Positions 18,611-27,233 of a DNA stretch of 64,000 bases are shown here, in pieces. The stretch lies in assembly GCA_017619735.1 (NCBI GenBank), contig JAFZRT010000007.1:14703-78702 (forward strand). Reading direction: 5' to 3'. The stretch's first letter is position 1. Every line of letters starts with the position of its first letter. The stretch is from Clostridia bacterium. Lineage in GTDB: Bacteria > Bacillota > Clostridia > Christensenellales > CAG-138. The notes under the pieces were generated by a model. The model was not told the origin of the DNA. It searched no databases and worked only from the letters and a program-made list of their open reading frames with translations. The translations under genes were made by a program, and so were the position numbers.

Positions 18611-18646
18611 CAAAAGAGCAGGGCGGCCGCCCTGCTCTTGTTTTTT
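18611..18646. terminator. Bidirectional intrinsic terminator (anti-sigma / glmS)
   Basis: A-run, 12-bp palindromic stem AGAGCAGGGCGG / CCGCCCTGCTCT, then TTGTTTTTT. Confidence 0.8.
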
Positions 18647-18658
18647 GACATTTTTCGT

Positions 18659-20488
18659 TTATTCCACGGTGACGCTCTTGGCGAGGTTCCTCGGCTTGTC
18701 GACGTTGCAGCCCTTCTGCACGGCCATATAGTAGGCGAAAAGCTGCATCGGGATTATCGCGCAGAAGGGAGCCGTCAGCTCGTTCATCTCGTCGAGCTCC
18801 CATACCTTGTTGCAGTGCCCCGCGATGTCGGGCATGCTGCCGTTGGTCAAGGCGAGCACCGTCGCGCCCCTGACGCGGACCTCCTCGAGATTGCTCGCGG
18901 TCTTGGAAGCGAGATGCCTCTGCGTTATGAGGCCGACCACGAGCGTCCCCTCCTCGATGAGGGCGATGGTGCCGTGCTTCAGTTCGCCCGCGGCGTAAGC
19001 GTCGGAGTGGATGTAGCTGACCTCCTTCAGCTTCAGCGCGGCCTCCATCGAGAGGGCGTTGTCGATGCCCCTGCCGATGAAGAACACGTGCTTGGCGGAG
19101 AACTCGCGGCTGGCGAAATACTGTATCGCCTCGCGGTCGTCGATCAGCTTCTGCATGTGCTCGGGAATGGAGGTGAGCTCCGAGAGCAGGGCCTTTACTC
19201 TTTCGCCGGAAATGGTGCCGCGGATCTCGCCCAGGCGCAGCGCCGCAAGGAAGAGCACGGTTATCTGCGTGAGGTAGGACTTGGTCGCGGCGACGGCGAT
19301 CTCCGGCCCGGCGTAGGTGAACAGCACCTCGTCCGCTTCACGCGCGATGGTGGAGCCGATGACGTTGCACACGGCTATCGTGCGGACGCCCGCCTGCTTC
19401 GCCATGCGCAGAGCGGCGATCGTGTCGGCGGTCTCGCCCGACTGGGATACGAGGAGCAGCGCCTCGCCCTCCTCGAACGTGTAGCCGGAGTAGCGGAACT
19501 CGGACGCGATCTCCGCCTCGACGGGGATCTTCGCAAGCTCCGTAAAGTACTTTTTGCCCAGCAGGCCCGCGTGATATGCGGTGCCGCAGCCGATAATGCG
19601 AATGCGCTTCAGCTCCGCGCAGTTATCCGCGTCCCAGGGGAAGCAGTCCGCCTTTAGGCGCGGCTCACGGAAGGAGACGTACTGCTCGGCGGTCTTGCGG
19701 AAGGCGACCGGCTCTTCGCAGATCTCCTTCATCATGAAGTGCTCGTAGCTGCCCTTCTTGGCCGCGTCGAGATCCCAGTCGATATGACTGCAGCCCTTGT
19801 CGATGGGCGTGCCGAACTCGTTGTAGAAGGCGATGCCGTCGGGGGAGAGCACGGCTATCTGCTTGTCGCCCATGAACGTGACGTCCCTCGTGTAGGAGAG
19901 CATGGCGGGTATGTCGGACGCGATATGCGCGCCGTCCCTGCCGAAGCCGACGACCATCGGGCTGTCCTTGCAGACGCAGTAGATCCTGTGCGGGTCGTCG
20001 CGGAAGAGTATCGCCAGCGCGAAGGAGCCCTCGATGAGCTTCATCGCCTCGACTATGGCCTTTATCGGGTCGCCGTTATACACGTCGCCCAGCAGCTGCG
20101 CCACTACCTCCGTATCCGTATCGGATACGAACACGCAGCCCCTGTCCATGAGCATGCTCTTGATGCGGACGTAGTTTTCGATGATGCCGTTATGGACGAG
20201 CACGAGCTGCTTCTTCGCGTCCCCGTGGGGGTGGGAGTTGATGTAGGAGGGCTCCCCGTGGGTAGCCCAGCGGGTGTGGCCTATGCCGCAGCAGCCGGTG
20301 ACGGGCTCCCTTTCGAGTATGGCTTTCAGGTTGGAAAGCTGGCCCTTTTCCTTTTTCATCACTATATTTTCGCCGTCCCATACGGCAATGCCCGCGGAAT
20401 CGTATCCGCGGTATGCAAGCGTATCGAGCCCCTCCAGAAGTATCGGGGTGGCGTTATTGATTCCGGTGTATCCGACAATTCCGCACAT
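18659..20488 (-). CDS. glmS: Glutamine--fructose-6-phosphate aminotransferase (isomerizing)
   Basis: MCGIVGY N-terminal nucleophile, two SIS domains, C-terminal NLAKSVTVE, 609 aa. Confidence 0.97.
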   Translation of the reverse strand: MCGIVGYTGINNATPILLEGLDTLAYRGYDSAGIAVWDGENIVMKKEKGQLSNLKAILEREPVTGCCGIGHTRWATHGEPSYINSHPHGDAKKQLVLVHNGIIENYVRIKSMLMDRGCVFVSDTDTEVVAQLLGDVYNGDPIKAIVEAMKLIEGSFALAILFRDDPHRIYCVCKDSPMVVGFGRDGAHIASDIPAMLSYTRDVTFMGDKQIAVLSPDGIAFYNEFGTPIDKGCSHIDWDLDAAKKGSYEHFMMKEICEEPVAFRKTAEQYVSFREPRLKADCFPWDADNCAELKRIRIIGCGTAYHAGLLGKKYFTELAKIPVEAEIASEFRYSGYTFEEGEALLLVSQSGETADTIAALRMAKQAGVRTIAVCNVIGSTIAREADEVLFTYAGPEIAVAATKSYLTQITVLFLAALRLGEIRGTISGERVKALLSELTSIPEHMQKLIDDREAIQYFASREFSAKHVFFIGRGIDNALSMEAALKLKEVSYIHSDAYAAGELKHGTIALIEEGTLVVGLITQRHLASKTASNLEEVRVRGATVLALTNGSMPDIAGHCNKVWELDEMNELTAPFCAIIPMQLFAYYMAVQKGCNVDKPRNLAKSVTVE

Positions 20489-20520
20489 GATGATTGCTCC
20501 TTGATCGAGATATTATAAAA

Positions 20521-20549
20521 ATTATATAAGAGACTATGCCGTGTGTCAA
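20521..20549 (-). promoter_or_regulatory. Consensus sigma-A promoter of glmS
   Basis: On the minus strand: TTGACA (20549-20544), exactly 17 nt, TATAAT (20526-20521). Only about 30 nt lie between the -10 element and the ATG, with AAGGAG as SD. Confidence 0.7.
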
Positions 20550-20675
20550 GCCGAAAATGCCGCGGCGCCGCGCGGGGCGGGGGAGCGCCTCCCCGCGAAA
20601 GCGCGGGCGCGATCGGCAAAAACACTTGCATCGAGTGCGTTTTTGTGGTAAAATATCCCTTAACGGAGGTTTTAT

Positions 20676-21386
20676 ATGGCAAGAGCGATCATTAACGACC
20701 AGAGCATCAGTTACGAGATTGCCGGTGTCACCGACTTCAAGCTCCGCACGCCCGCGCTCCTTCTGCACGGCAACGGCGAGAGCATGAAGACTTTTTCCGC
20801 GTTCGTCCCGTTCCTTTCGGGCTCCCGCGGATTCGTGCTCATGGACAGCCGCTGGCAGGGCGCGTCCATCCCCGCCTTCGAGGGCGAGGTCCCGCACATC
20901 AGCTATGAGCTCATGGCCGACGACGCCATAAAGCTCATGGAGGACGAGCTCGGCATAGCCGAATACGACGTCATCGGCTCCTCGGACGGGGCGATAACCG
21001 CGCTCATGATGGCGCTCAAGTCCATCCGCGTGCGGAAGCTGATACTCATCGGCGTCAACTCCGATCCCTCGGGCCTCAAGCCCCGCGCAGTCCGCATGAT
21101 CAAGCACGATCTTCGCGTCGCGCAGCACAGGCACGACCGCGTGCATGCGGAGCTCTGCCGCATGATGCTCGAAGAGCCGCGCCTCACGAACGGCGATCTC
21201 GCCTCGATAATCTGCGAAACGACCGTCGTATACGGTCAGAAGGACGACATGATAAAGCGCGACCACTGCTCCGCGATAGCGGACGCCATACCGCGCGGCA
21301 GCTTCGTCGTGATGAACGGCGCGGGCCACGATATCCCGCGCACCCATCCGGAGGAGCTCGCGGAGCTCGTCCGTTCGCTCCTGTAA
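20676..21386 (+). CDS. Alpha/beta hydrolase
   Basis: LLLHGNGES oxyanion region, GSSDG nucleophile elbow, C-terminal GAGHDIP His region. Confidence 0.75.
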   Translation: MARAIINDQSISYEIAGVTDFKLRTPALLLHGNGESMKTFSAFVPFLSGSRGFVLMDSRWQGASIPAFEGEVPHISYELMADDAIKLMEDELGIAEYDVIGSSDGAITALMMALKSIRVRKLILIGVNSDPSGLKPRAVRMIKHDLRVAQHRHDRVHAELCRMMLEEPRLTNGDLASIICETTVVYGQKDDMIKRDHCSAIADAIPRGSFVVMNGAGHDIPRTHPEELAELVRSLL

Positions 21387-21410
21387 AAAAAAACAGTCGA
21401 ATAATTCCCG

Positions 21411-21448
21411 TCACCTCTGCCGATATTAAGGGCGGAGGTGATTTTTTT
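21411..21448 (+). terminator. Intrinsic terminator
   Basis: Stem TCACCTCTGCC / GGCGGAGGTGA (11 bp with one G-U pair), 9-nt loop, then a T7 run. Confidence 0.75.
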
Positions 21449-21780
21449 GTCGGGAAAGAAAAGGTTTACCGATCCTGCCATGAGACCCGTCTCCGCAATG
21501 GAGACTACGGGCTCCGTACCCACTCCTCCGCTCGATCTCGGAGGGCTGGAATCCTATGAGGAGCTCGAAGCCATCCCCTCGGTCGAAAGGCCGAGACGAT
21601 TCAGCCGACCGACCGGCGAACGCTGACGGCGGCGAGGCGCCTTTTTTGCGGAGAGCTCTCCATCGGGGGCTGCTCTCCGCCGCCTCCTTTCGGAAAAACA
21701 TCGGCCCATTTTCACATTTATACTTTTCAAACCGATCCCGGATATGTTATAATATAAGGTAACTGTGAAAGGATCGGGAT

Positions 21781-21987
21781 ATGAAGCGCCGTCATTACCG
21801 CATACATTACAACGACCGCACCCAGCCCATGCGCCGCGTCAAGCACAAGCACGTGGAGTGGGGCAGCGTGCTGCTCGTCGTGCTCGCTCTCGCGCTTGCT
21901 GCGGCGGGGACTTACGCGGTATTGCGGTGGTTCGGCATAATAGGGGCGGAGGACCCGATATCCAGGGCTATCCGCAGCATCGTATAG
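21781..21987 (+). CDS. Small membrane protein (68 aa), function unknown
   Basis: Preceded by a TGTTATAAT extended -10 element and a GAAAGGA RBS. Basic N-terminus then one TM helix (WGSVLLVVLALALAAAGTYAVL). Confidence 0.45.
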   Translation: MKRRHYRIHYNDRTQPMRRVKHKHVEWGSVLLVVLALALAAAGTYAVLRWFGIIGAEDPISRAIRSIV

Positions 21988-22027
21988 CGTATTATTCCCG
22001 AAAAAACTCAATGAAAGGCGGCATCCG

Positions 22028-22120
22028 ATGAAGCATTCCGCACGTATTCTTGCGATAGTGCTCGCGGCGCTCTTTCTCCTCACCATAGTGGCGGGCATCG
22101 CCGCCATCGCGTTGAGGTAG
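22028..22120 (+). CDS. Possible 30-aa single-TM micropeptide
   Basis: Not in the ORF track (<60 aa). ATG after GAAAGG. Sequence MKHSARILAIVLAALFLLTIVAGIAAIALR. Support is only ORF plus hydrophobicity. Confidence 0.3.
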   Translation: MKHSARILAIVLAALFLLTIVAGIAAIALR

Positions 22121-22160
22121 CGCTCCGCGGCAGCGAATAAAAATCAAGGGGGCAAACAGC

Positions 22161-23081
22161 ATGGAACAGTTCTCTTATCCTTCCAAGACCGGGCTCTGTG
22201 AGACAGCGGCCTATAAATGGCTTCCCGAGGGCGAGCCCAAAGCGGTGATACAGATCGTGCACGGCATGGCGGAGCACGCCAAGCGCTACGACGACCTCGC
22301 CCGCTATCTCAACTCGCAGGGCTACGCCGTATTCGCGGAGGACCATCCCGGCCACGGCGCGTCCATCAACGGCCGCGGCGTGAAGGGGTATTTCGCTCCC
22401 GAAAACGGCTGGAGCCTCGTCGTGGAGGACATAATGACCCTCCACAACATGATAAAAGCCGAATATCCCGGCAAAAAGTACGTGCTCTACGGGCATTCGA
22501 TGGGCTCCTTCCTCGCAAGGACCTGCGCCTCGAGATACCCCGGCGAGTTCGACGCCTTCGTGTTCTCCGGCACCGCGGGCAGGAATCCCGTGCTCGCCAT
22601 CGCGAAGACCATCGCCAATTCCCACATCAAAAAGACCGGCGGCGCCAAGCCCGACGATCAGCTCAACGGCATGGCGTTCGGCGCATACGCCAAGCATATC
22701 AAGCCCGCAAGGACGGTATTCGACTGGCTGACCCATGACGAAGCGATAGTCGACAAATACATTGCGGACGATCTCTGCGGTTTCCCGTTCACCTCCGCCG
22801 CGTTCCGCGATCTGTTCGACGGACTGGGCGAGATCAGCGGCGCCAAATGGGCGGAGAAGGTCCCGAACGTCCCCATATATCTGCTCGCGGGGAAGCAGGA
22901 TCCCGTCGGCGCTTACGGCAAGGGCGTCGTCGAGGTCTGCGAAAACCTGAAAAAGACCGGGCACAGTATGGTCGTGCTGCAGCTCTATGAGAACGGCAGG
23001 CACGAGATGCACAACGAGCTCAACCGTGACGAGGTATACCGCGGCATCGCGGCGTTCCTTCGCTCGGCGGTAAACAGATAA
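22161..23081 (+). CDS. Alpha/beta hydrolase, lysophospholipase / monoacylglycerol lipase-like
   Basis: VHGMAEH, GHSMGS nucleophile elbow, C-terminal GRHEMHNE. Confidence 0.8.
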   Translation: MEQFSYPSKTGLCETAAYKWLPEGEPKAVIQIVHGMAEHAKRYDDLARYLNSQGYAVFAEDHPGHGASINGRGVKGYFAPENGWSLVVEDIMTLHNMIKAEYPGKKYVLYGHSMGSFLARTCASRYPGEFDAFVFSGTAGRNPVLAIAKTIANSHIKKTGGAKPDDQLNGMAFGAYAKHIKPARTVFDWLTHDEAIVDKYIADDLCGFPFTSAAFRDLFDGLGEISGAKWAEKVPNVPIYLLAGKQDPVGAYGKGVVEVCENLKKTGHSMVVLQLYENGRHEMHNELNRDEVYRGIAAFLRSAVNR

Positions 23082-23103
23082 TCATTTATAAGGAGAATAA
23101 AAG

Positions 23104-25737
23104 ATGAAGACTACCAAGAAACTGCTCTCGCTCGTGATCGCGGCGCTCATGGTGCTCGTGCTCGTTCCCACCTTCGGCGGGGCGGCCGAGACTTCCCGCC
23201 CTCTGACCGAGTCCGAGCGCGCCGCGAAGATCGAACAGCTCGCACAGTTCGCCTCCGGCGTCGCGGAGATCACCAAGGTCTACGATAAGGATATCGACGC
23301 CAAGAAGGGCGCCGGCGAATTCGCTCTCGCAAGGATCATCGCCAAGTCCTCCGCCCCGATCTCCGACGAAAACGCCATCGCGCAGGTCTCCGGCTACAAT
23401 GACTGGTACGTGTTCCAGTACGCCTCCCCCGAAGAGGCCGAGGCCGCCCTCAAGCGCATCAAGCTCATGAAGGGCGTCCAGTGGGCGGAGCCCGACGGCA
23501 TAATGACCGTCGACGCGACCCCCGGCAACAGCTCCTTCAAGTCCTGGGGCTTCGGCGCTTCGCACGTCAACATGTACGAGTACAACCAGTGGCTCTACGG
23601 TCAGTATAACAACGATCTGAGCAGCATGCCCGAGATAATCGTTGCGGTCATCGACACCGGCGCCGACTCCAGCCACTCCTTCCTCTCCGGCAGGCTCGTT
23701 CCCGGCTGGAACTTCGTCAACAACACCAACAACCCGCAGGACGGCCACAGCCACGGCACCCACGTCTGCGGCACCGTCGTCGACGGCACCTTCTCCAACG
23801 TCAAGATAATGCCCATCAAGGTCCTCTCCGACTCCGGCTCCGGCAGCACGCTGAACGTCGGCCTCGGCATGGAATACGGCTCCCTCCACGGCGCCAAGGT
23901 CGAGAACCTCTCCCTTGGCGGCGGCTGTGACGGCGGCGAGGAGCATCACTTCATGGCGGAGATCGTCGACTCGGCCTTCGATAACGGCACCACCGTCTGC
24001 GTAGCCGCGGGCAACGAGTCCGACGACGCCGTCAACCACTGCCCCGCGAATATCCAGCGCGCGTGCACCGTTGCGGCTCTCACCACCAGCCACACCCTCT
24101 GCTACTTCTCCAACTACGGCGACCTCGTCGATATCGCCGCCCCCGGCGACAATATCAACAGCTCCGTTCCCGGCGGCGGATTCAGCACCAAGAGCGGTAC
24201 CTCCATGGCCTGCCCGCACGTTGCGGCCGTCGCGGCCCAGATAAGGACCGCCTTCCCCGACATGAGCGCGGATGACGTCGTCAGCGCGATCAAGGGCGCC
24301 GCGGTGAACATCAACGTTTCCGGCATCGGCGCAGGCATGCTGCACCTTTCCGCCAACATGTACACCCTCGATCCCGCGGCCAACGCGGAGGGCCAGTACA
24401 ACCACTTCGTTTCCACCGGCAGCTACGCCTGGACCGTCGACGGCGATTCCGTCGTCAGCGGCAACGCGGGCGTCAACAATACCACCTCCGTACTGAAGAC
24501 CGAGCTCAGCCTCGGCTTCGAGCAGGTGCTCACCTTCGATTACAAGGTCAGCAGCCAGCAGGATCACGACTATCTGCGCGTCAAGGCCAACGGGACCGTC
24601 ATTTTCGAGACCAGCGGCGAGCATGACTGGCAGACCGAGACCGTTACCATCCCCGGCAGCGGCAGCGTCACCCTGACCTTCGAGTTCTCCAAGGATTCGA
24701 CCGGCGCTTCCGGCTCCGACAAGGCGTGGATCCGCAACGTCAGCGTGCTCGGGTCCCTGTCCTCCGCGGGCAACGTTTCCGGCGGCACCATTCCCTTCAG
24801 CTCCACGGGCGAATATCCCTGGACGGTCGATCATGCCGAGAGCGCGGCCGTGAGCGGCAACGCGGGCGTCGACAACTCCACGTCCGTCATGACGGCTTCC
24901 GGCGAGTACAAGAAGGGCATGATACTCACCTTCAAGTATAAGGTAAGCTCCGCCGAGGGCGACGTCTTCGCGTTCAGGTTCGACGGCGCCGAGGTGTTCA
25001 CCTCCGGCACGACCGACGGCTACGTCGATTACGAATACACCGTACCGTACTCCGGCATGCATACCTTCTCGTTCGAGTTCATCAAGGACGGCTCCGGCTC
25101 CGACGGCAGCGACTGCGCGTACGTCAAGCACCTTGCCGCGTATCACAGCTTCGAATCCGCTGTCAACGGCTCGGACAACTTCCTCCCCTTCGACAACGAA
25201 TCGGATTATCCCTGGTACCCGATGAACGATTACGTCGGCTCCTCCAACTGGAGCGAGGACAGCACCACCAGCTTCTTCACCCTCCAGCTGCCCATGCAGG
25301 CGGGCGAGACGCTGACCTTCCGCTACAGGGCCAGCTCCGAGAACAACTACGACTTCTTCCGCTTCTACGTCGACGGCACCCAGCAGGTGCAGGCCTCCGG
25401 CAACACCTCGTGGACGAATTTCACATTCACCGCGACCACGACCAAGACCTACCTGTTCAAGTGGGCGTTCGAGAAGGACTACTCCGCCGCCTCCAACGAT
25501 GACTCGGCGTACGTGGACGACGTCGTCTACTCCGGCAGCGTCGTGGATCACGACGGCGACGCCAACGAAAACGGCGAGGTCAACACCCTCGACGCGCTGC
25601 TCATACTGCGCTACTCCATGGGCCTCATCGACGAGAGCCAGCTCAATCTCGAAAGGTCCGACGTCGACTACAGCGGCGTAGTCGATTCCGCCGACGCGCT
25701 CATCGTCCTGCGCAGGACAATGGGCCTCAACGGCTGA
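23104..25737 (+). CDS. Secreted S8 (subtilisin-like) serine peptidase with three tandem ~130-aa modules and a C-terminal dockerin
   Basis: Signal peptide. Triad contexts VAVIDTGAD, HSHGTHVCGT and SGTSMACPHVAA. Dockerin Ca-loops DANENGEVNTLDALLILRY and DVDYSGVVDSADALIVLRR. Confidence 0.9.
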   Translation: MKTTKKLLSLVIAALMVLVLVPTFGGAAETSRPLTESERAAKIEQLAQFASGVAEITKVYDKDIDAKKGAGEFALARIIAKSSAPISDENAIAQVSGYNDWYVFQYASPEEAEAALKRIKLMKGVQWAEPDGIMTVDATPGNSSFKSWGFGASHVNMYEYNQWLYGQYNNDLSSMPEIIVAVIDTGADSSHSFLSGRLVPGWNFVNNTNNPQDGHSHGTHVCGTVVDGTFSNVKIMPIKVLSDSGSGSTLNVGLGMEYGSLHGAKVENLSLGGGCDGGEEHHFMAEIVDSAFDNGTTVCVAAGNESDDAVNHCPANIQRACTVAALTTSHTLCYFSNYGDLVDIAAPGDNINSSVPGGGFSTKSGTSMACPHVAAVAAQIRTAFPDMSADDVVSAIKGAAVNINVSGIGAGMLHLSANMYTLDPAANAEGQYNHFVSTGSYAWTVDGDSVVSGNAGVNNTTSVLKTELSLGFEQVLTFDYKVSSQQDHDYLRVKANGTVIFETSGEHDWQTETVTIPGSGSVTLTFEFSKDSTGASGSDKAWIRNVSVLGSLSSAGNVSGGTIPFSSTGEYPWTVDHAESAAVSGNAGVDNSTSVMTASGEYKKGMILTFKYKVSSAEGDVFAFRFDGAEVFTSGTTDGYVDYEYTVPYSGMHTFSFEFIKDGSGSDGSDCAYVKHLAAYHSFESAVNGSDNFLPFDNESDYPWYPMNDYVGSSNWSEDSTTSFFTLQLPMQAGETLTFRYRASSENNYDFFRFYVDGTQQVQASGNTSWTNFTFTATTTKTYLFKWAFEKDYSAASNDDSAYVDDVVYSGSVVDHDGDANENGEVNTLDALLILRYSMGLIDESQLNLERSDVDYSGVVDSADALIVLRRTMGLNG
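24380..25535 (+). repeat. Three tandem copies of a ~130-aa module inside the S8 peptidase
   Basis: The anchor motifs TFDYKVSS (about 24534), TFKYKVSS (about 24931) and TFRYRASS (about 25318) recur every ~390-400 nt. Each copy ends F.F.KD.S..G.D.A.V. The boundaries are approximate. Confidence 0.7.
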
Positions 25738-25745
25738 CGATCAAC

Positions 25746-25787
25746 AAAAAAGCAGCCCGCTTCCTGCGAAGCGGGCTGTTCTTTTTT
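25746..25787. terminator. Bidirectional intrinsic terminator (S8 peptidase / arcA)
   Basis: A-run, stem CAGCCCGCTTC / GAAGCGGGCTG, then TTCTTTTTT. Confidence 0.8.
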
Positions 25788-25791
25788 CGGT

Positions 25792-27009
25792 TTACCAGAT
25801 ATCTTCCCTTATCATGGGCATGCTCATGCAGCGGGGACCGCCGCGGCCTCTCGAAAGCTCGCCGCCGGGGATGGGGTTGACGTGCACGCCCGCCTTTTCA
25901 AGCAGCTCGTTCGTCACGTGGTTGCGGTCGTATGTGATGATGTTGCCCGGAGCAATGGCAAGGGAGTTCGAGCCCATGTTCCAGTGCTCGCGCTTGTAGA
26001 CTATGCTGTCGCCGCCGCCCATCTCGATAAAGCTGACCTTGTCGATGTGGAGCGCGCGCTCGAGTATCGGCGCCGTGCCGTCGGTCGTCCTCGACACGTT
26101 CATACCGCCGTGCGCGGCGGGGGTGAGCTCGTACACGTCGAACCACTTGTGCACCATGCAGGGATGCGCAAGGAACTTGTCGTAGTCGACGTGGGTCATG
26201 AGCACGTCAAGGTGCATGTACGTACGGTTGGCGGGGTTCTTGAAGAGGAGCACCTTTTCGTAGCCGCGGGTGAAGAGCGTCTTCGCGAGCTTTTCGATGG
26301 CCGCCTCGGTCGTCCTCTCGCCGCAGCCGATGGCGACGCATTTATCGGAGAGGGAGAGCACGTCTCCGCCCTCGATGGGACAGCCGCAGTTGTAATCGTA
26401 GAGCAGATCCGTACCGCCCTTGCCGAACTTTTCGGAATACCTGTGCAGGTATCTTATGTACAGCGTCTCGCGCATGCGGGCGGGCATGCTCATAGCGGAT
26501 ATCGCGATGCCCGTGCCGAGGCAAAAGCTTATGTCCCTCGTGAAATAGATATTGGGCAGGGGATCGGTGACGAAGGGATAATCGTCATAGACGAGCGCCT
26601 GTATGGGCTTGGGCTCGACGGACGCAAGATCGTCCCTCGTGATGCCCTTGGCGACAGCGTCGAACAGCCCCTCCGACGGAACGGAAAGCAGGTATTCGCG
26701 CACGGCGGGGCGGAGCGAATCGCCCTTCACGCCGATCTCGACGAAATCCTCTATGAAGGCGCGGCGGACGGCGTCGTCCTCCACGACCTTGGCGAATTCC
26801 TTTTCGATATAGACTACGTCGACGCCCGCACCGCGCAGTATGCCGGCAAAAACGTCGTGTTCGCGGCCGGCCATCTCAACGTCGGGAGTATCCTCGGCGA
26901 GCATGCGCTCGAGGTATTCGGGCATGAGACTGGCAAGCTCCGCGCCGGGGCGGTGGAGCATGACGCGCTTCAGGGGACCTATCTCGGATTTGACGTTAAT
27001 GTGACCCAT
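25792..27009 (-). CDS. arcA: Arginine deiminase
   Basis: Start moved to the ATG at 27009 (GGAGG 7 nt upstream); the ORF-track extension to 27123 is Pro/Arg-rich and covers the promoter. N-terminus MGHINVKSEIGPLKRVMLHRPG; C-terminal catalytic-Cys motif GGPRCMSMP. Confidence 0.9.
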   Translation of the reverse strand: MGHINVKSEIGPLKRVMLHRPGAELASLMPEYLERMLAEDTPDVEMAGREHDVFAGILRGAGVDVVYIEKEFAKVVEDDAVRRAFIEDFVEIGVKGDSLRPAVREYLLSVPSEGLFDAVAKGITRDDLASVEPKPIQALVYDDYPFVTDPLPNIYFTRDISFCLGTGIAISAMSMPARMRETLYIRYLHRYSEKFGKGGTDLLYDYNCGCPIEGGDVLSLSDKCVAIGCGERTTEAAIEKLAKTLFTRGYEKVLLFKNPANRTYMHLDVLMTHVDYDKFLAHPCMVHKWFDVYELTPAAHGGMNVSRTTDGTAPILERALHIDKVSFIEMGGGDSIVYKREHWNMGSNSLAIAPGNIITYDRNHVTNELLEKAGVHVNPIPGGELSRGRGGPRCMSMPMIREDIW

Positions 27010-27042
27010 ATGTGAACCTCCGGAAGTGATCTCAACTCTATT

Positions 27043-27071
27043 ATTATAAGCCAACCGCGCCCCGCAGTCAA
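27043..27071 (-). promoter_or_regulatory. Near-consensus sigma-A promoter of arcA
   Basis: On the minus strand: TTGACT (27071-27066), 17 nt, TATAAT (27048-27043). Confidence 0.6.
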
Positions 27072-27163
27072 GCCCGGGGACGGCGCCTCGGGCGCGCCGG
27101 CGCGCCGGGGGAGGGGGCGACAATATATATACTTCGGAACCACCCGAAAAGCACGCGGCGCTA

Positions 27164-27192
27164 TTGACCTTTTGACCGCGGAAGAATATAAT
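27164..27192 (+). promoter_or_regulatory. Sigma-A promoter of the ABC exporter pair
   Basis: TTGACC, 17 nt, TATAAT. Confidence 0.6.
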
Positions 27193-27233
27193 GGTTACAA
27201 ATTGTATGGCAGATATGCGGAGGAACTCAGACT

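Noticed and set aside
20489-20675. A glmS ribozyme expected in the glmS 5' UTR.
   Set aside because: The consensus promoter sits about 30 nt from the ATG, and I could not find the conserved ribozyme core by eye. I report the absence as a finding and do not annotate a ribozyme.
21438-21626. A 62-aa ORF downstream of the alpha/beta hydrolase gene.
   Set aside because: Its start codon lies in the T-run of the upstream terminator. The RBS is weak and there are no recognisable motifs. It is mentioned only as part of the gene-poor region finding.
23086-25551. An 821-aa minus-strand ORF opposite the S8 peptidase. The same problem applies to the long antisense ORFs at 34755-37520, 10515-11927, 14665-15870, 15928-16854, 17424-18803, 47479-48924 and 61477-63036.
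   Set aside because: Each lies opposite a gene with strong family motifs (subtilisin triad, GH13, pgi, serC, serA, anti-sigma, ahcY, CotH). All have Gly/Ala/Val/Arg/Asp-rich composition without motifs. I treat them as GC-driven artefacts.
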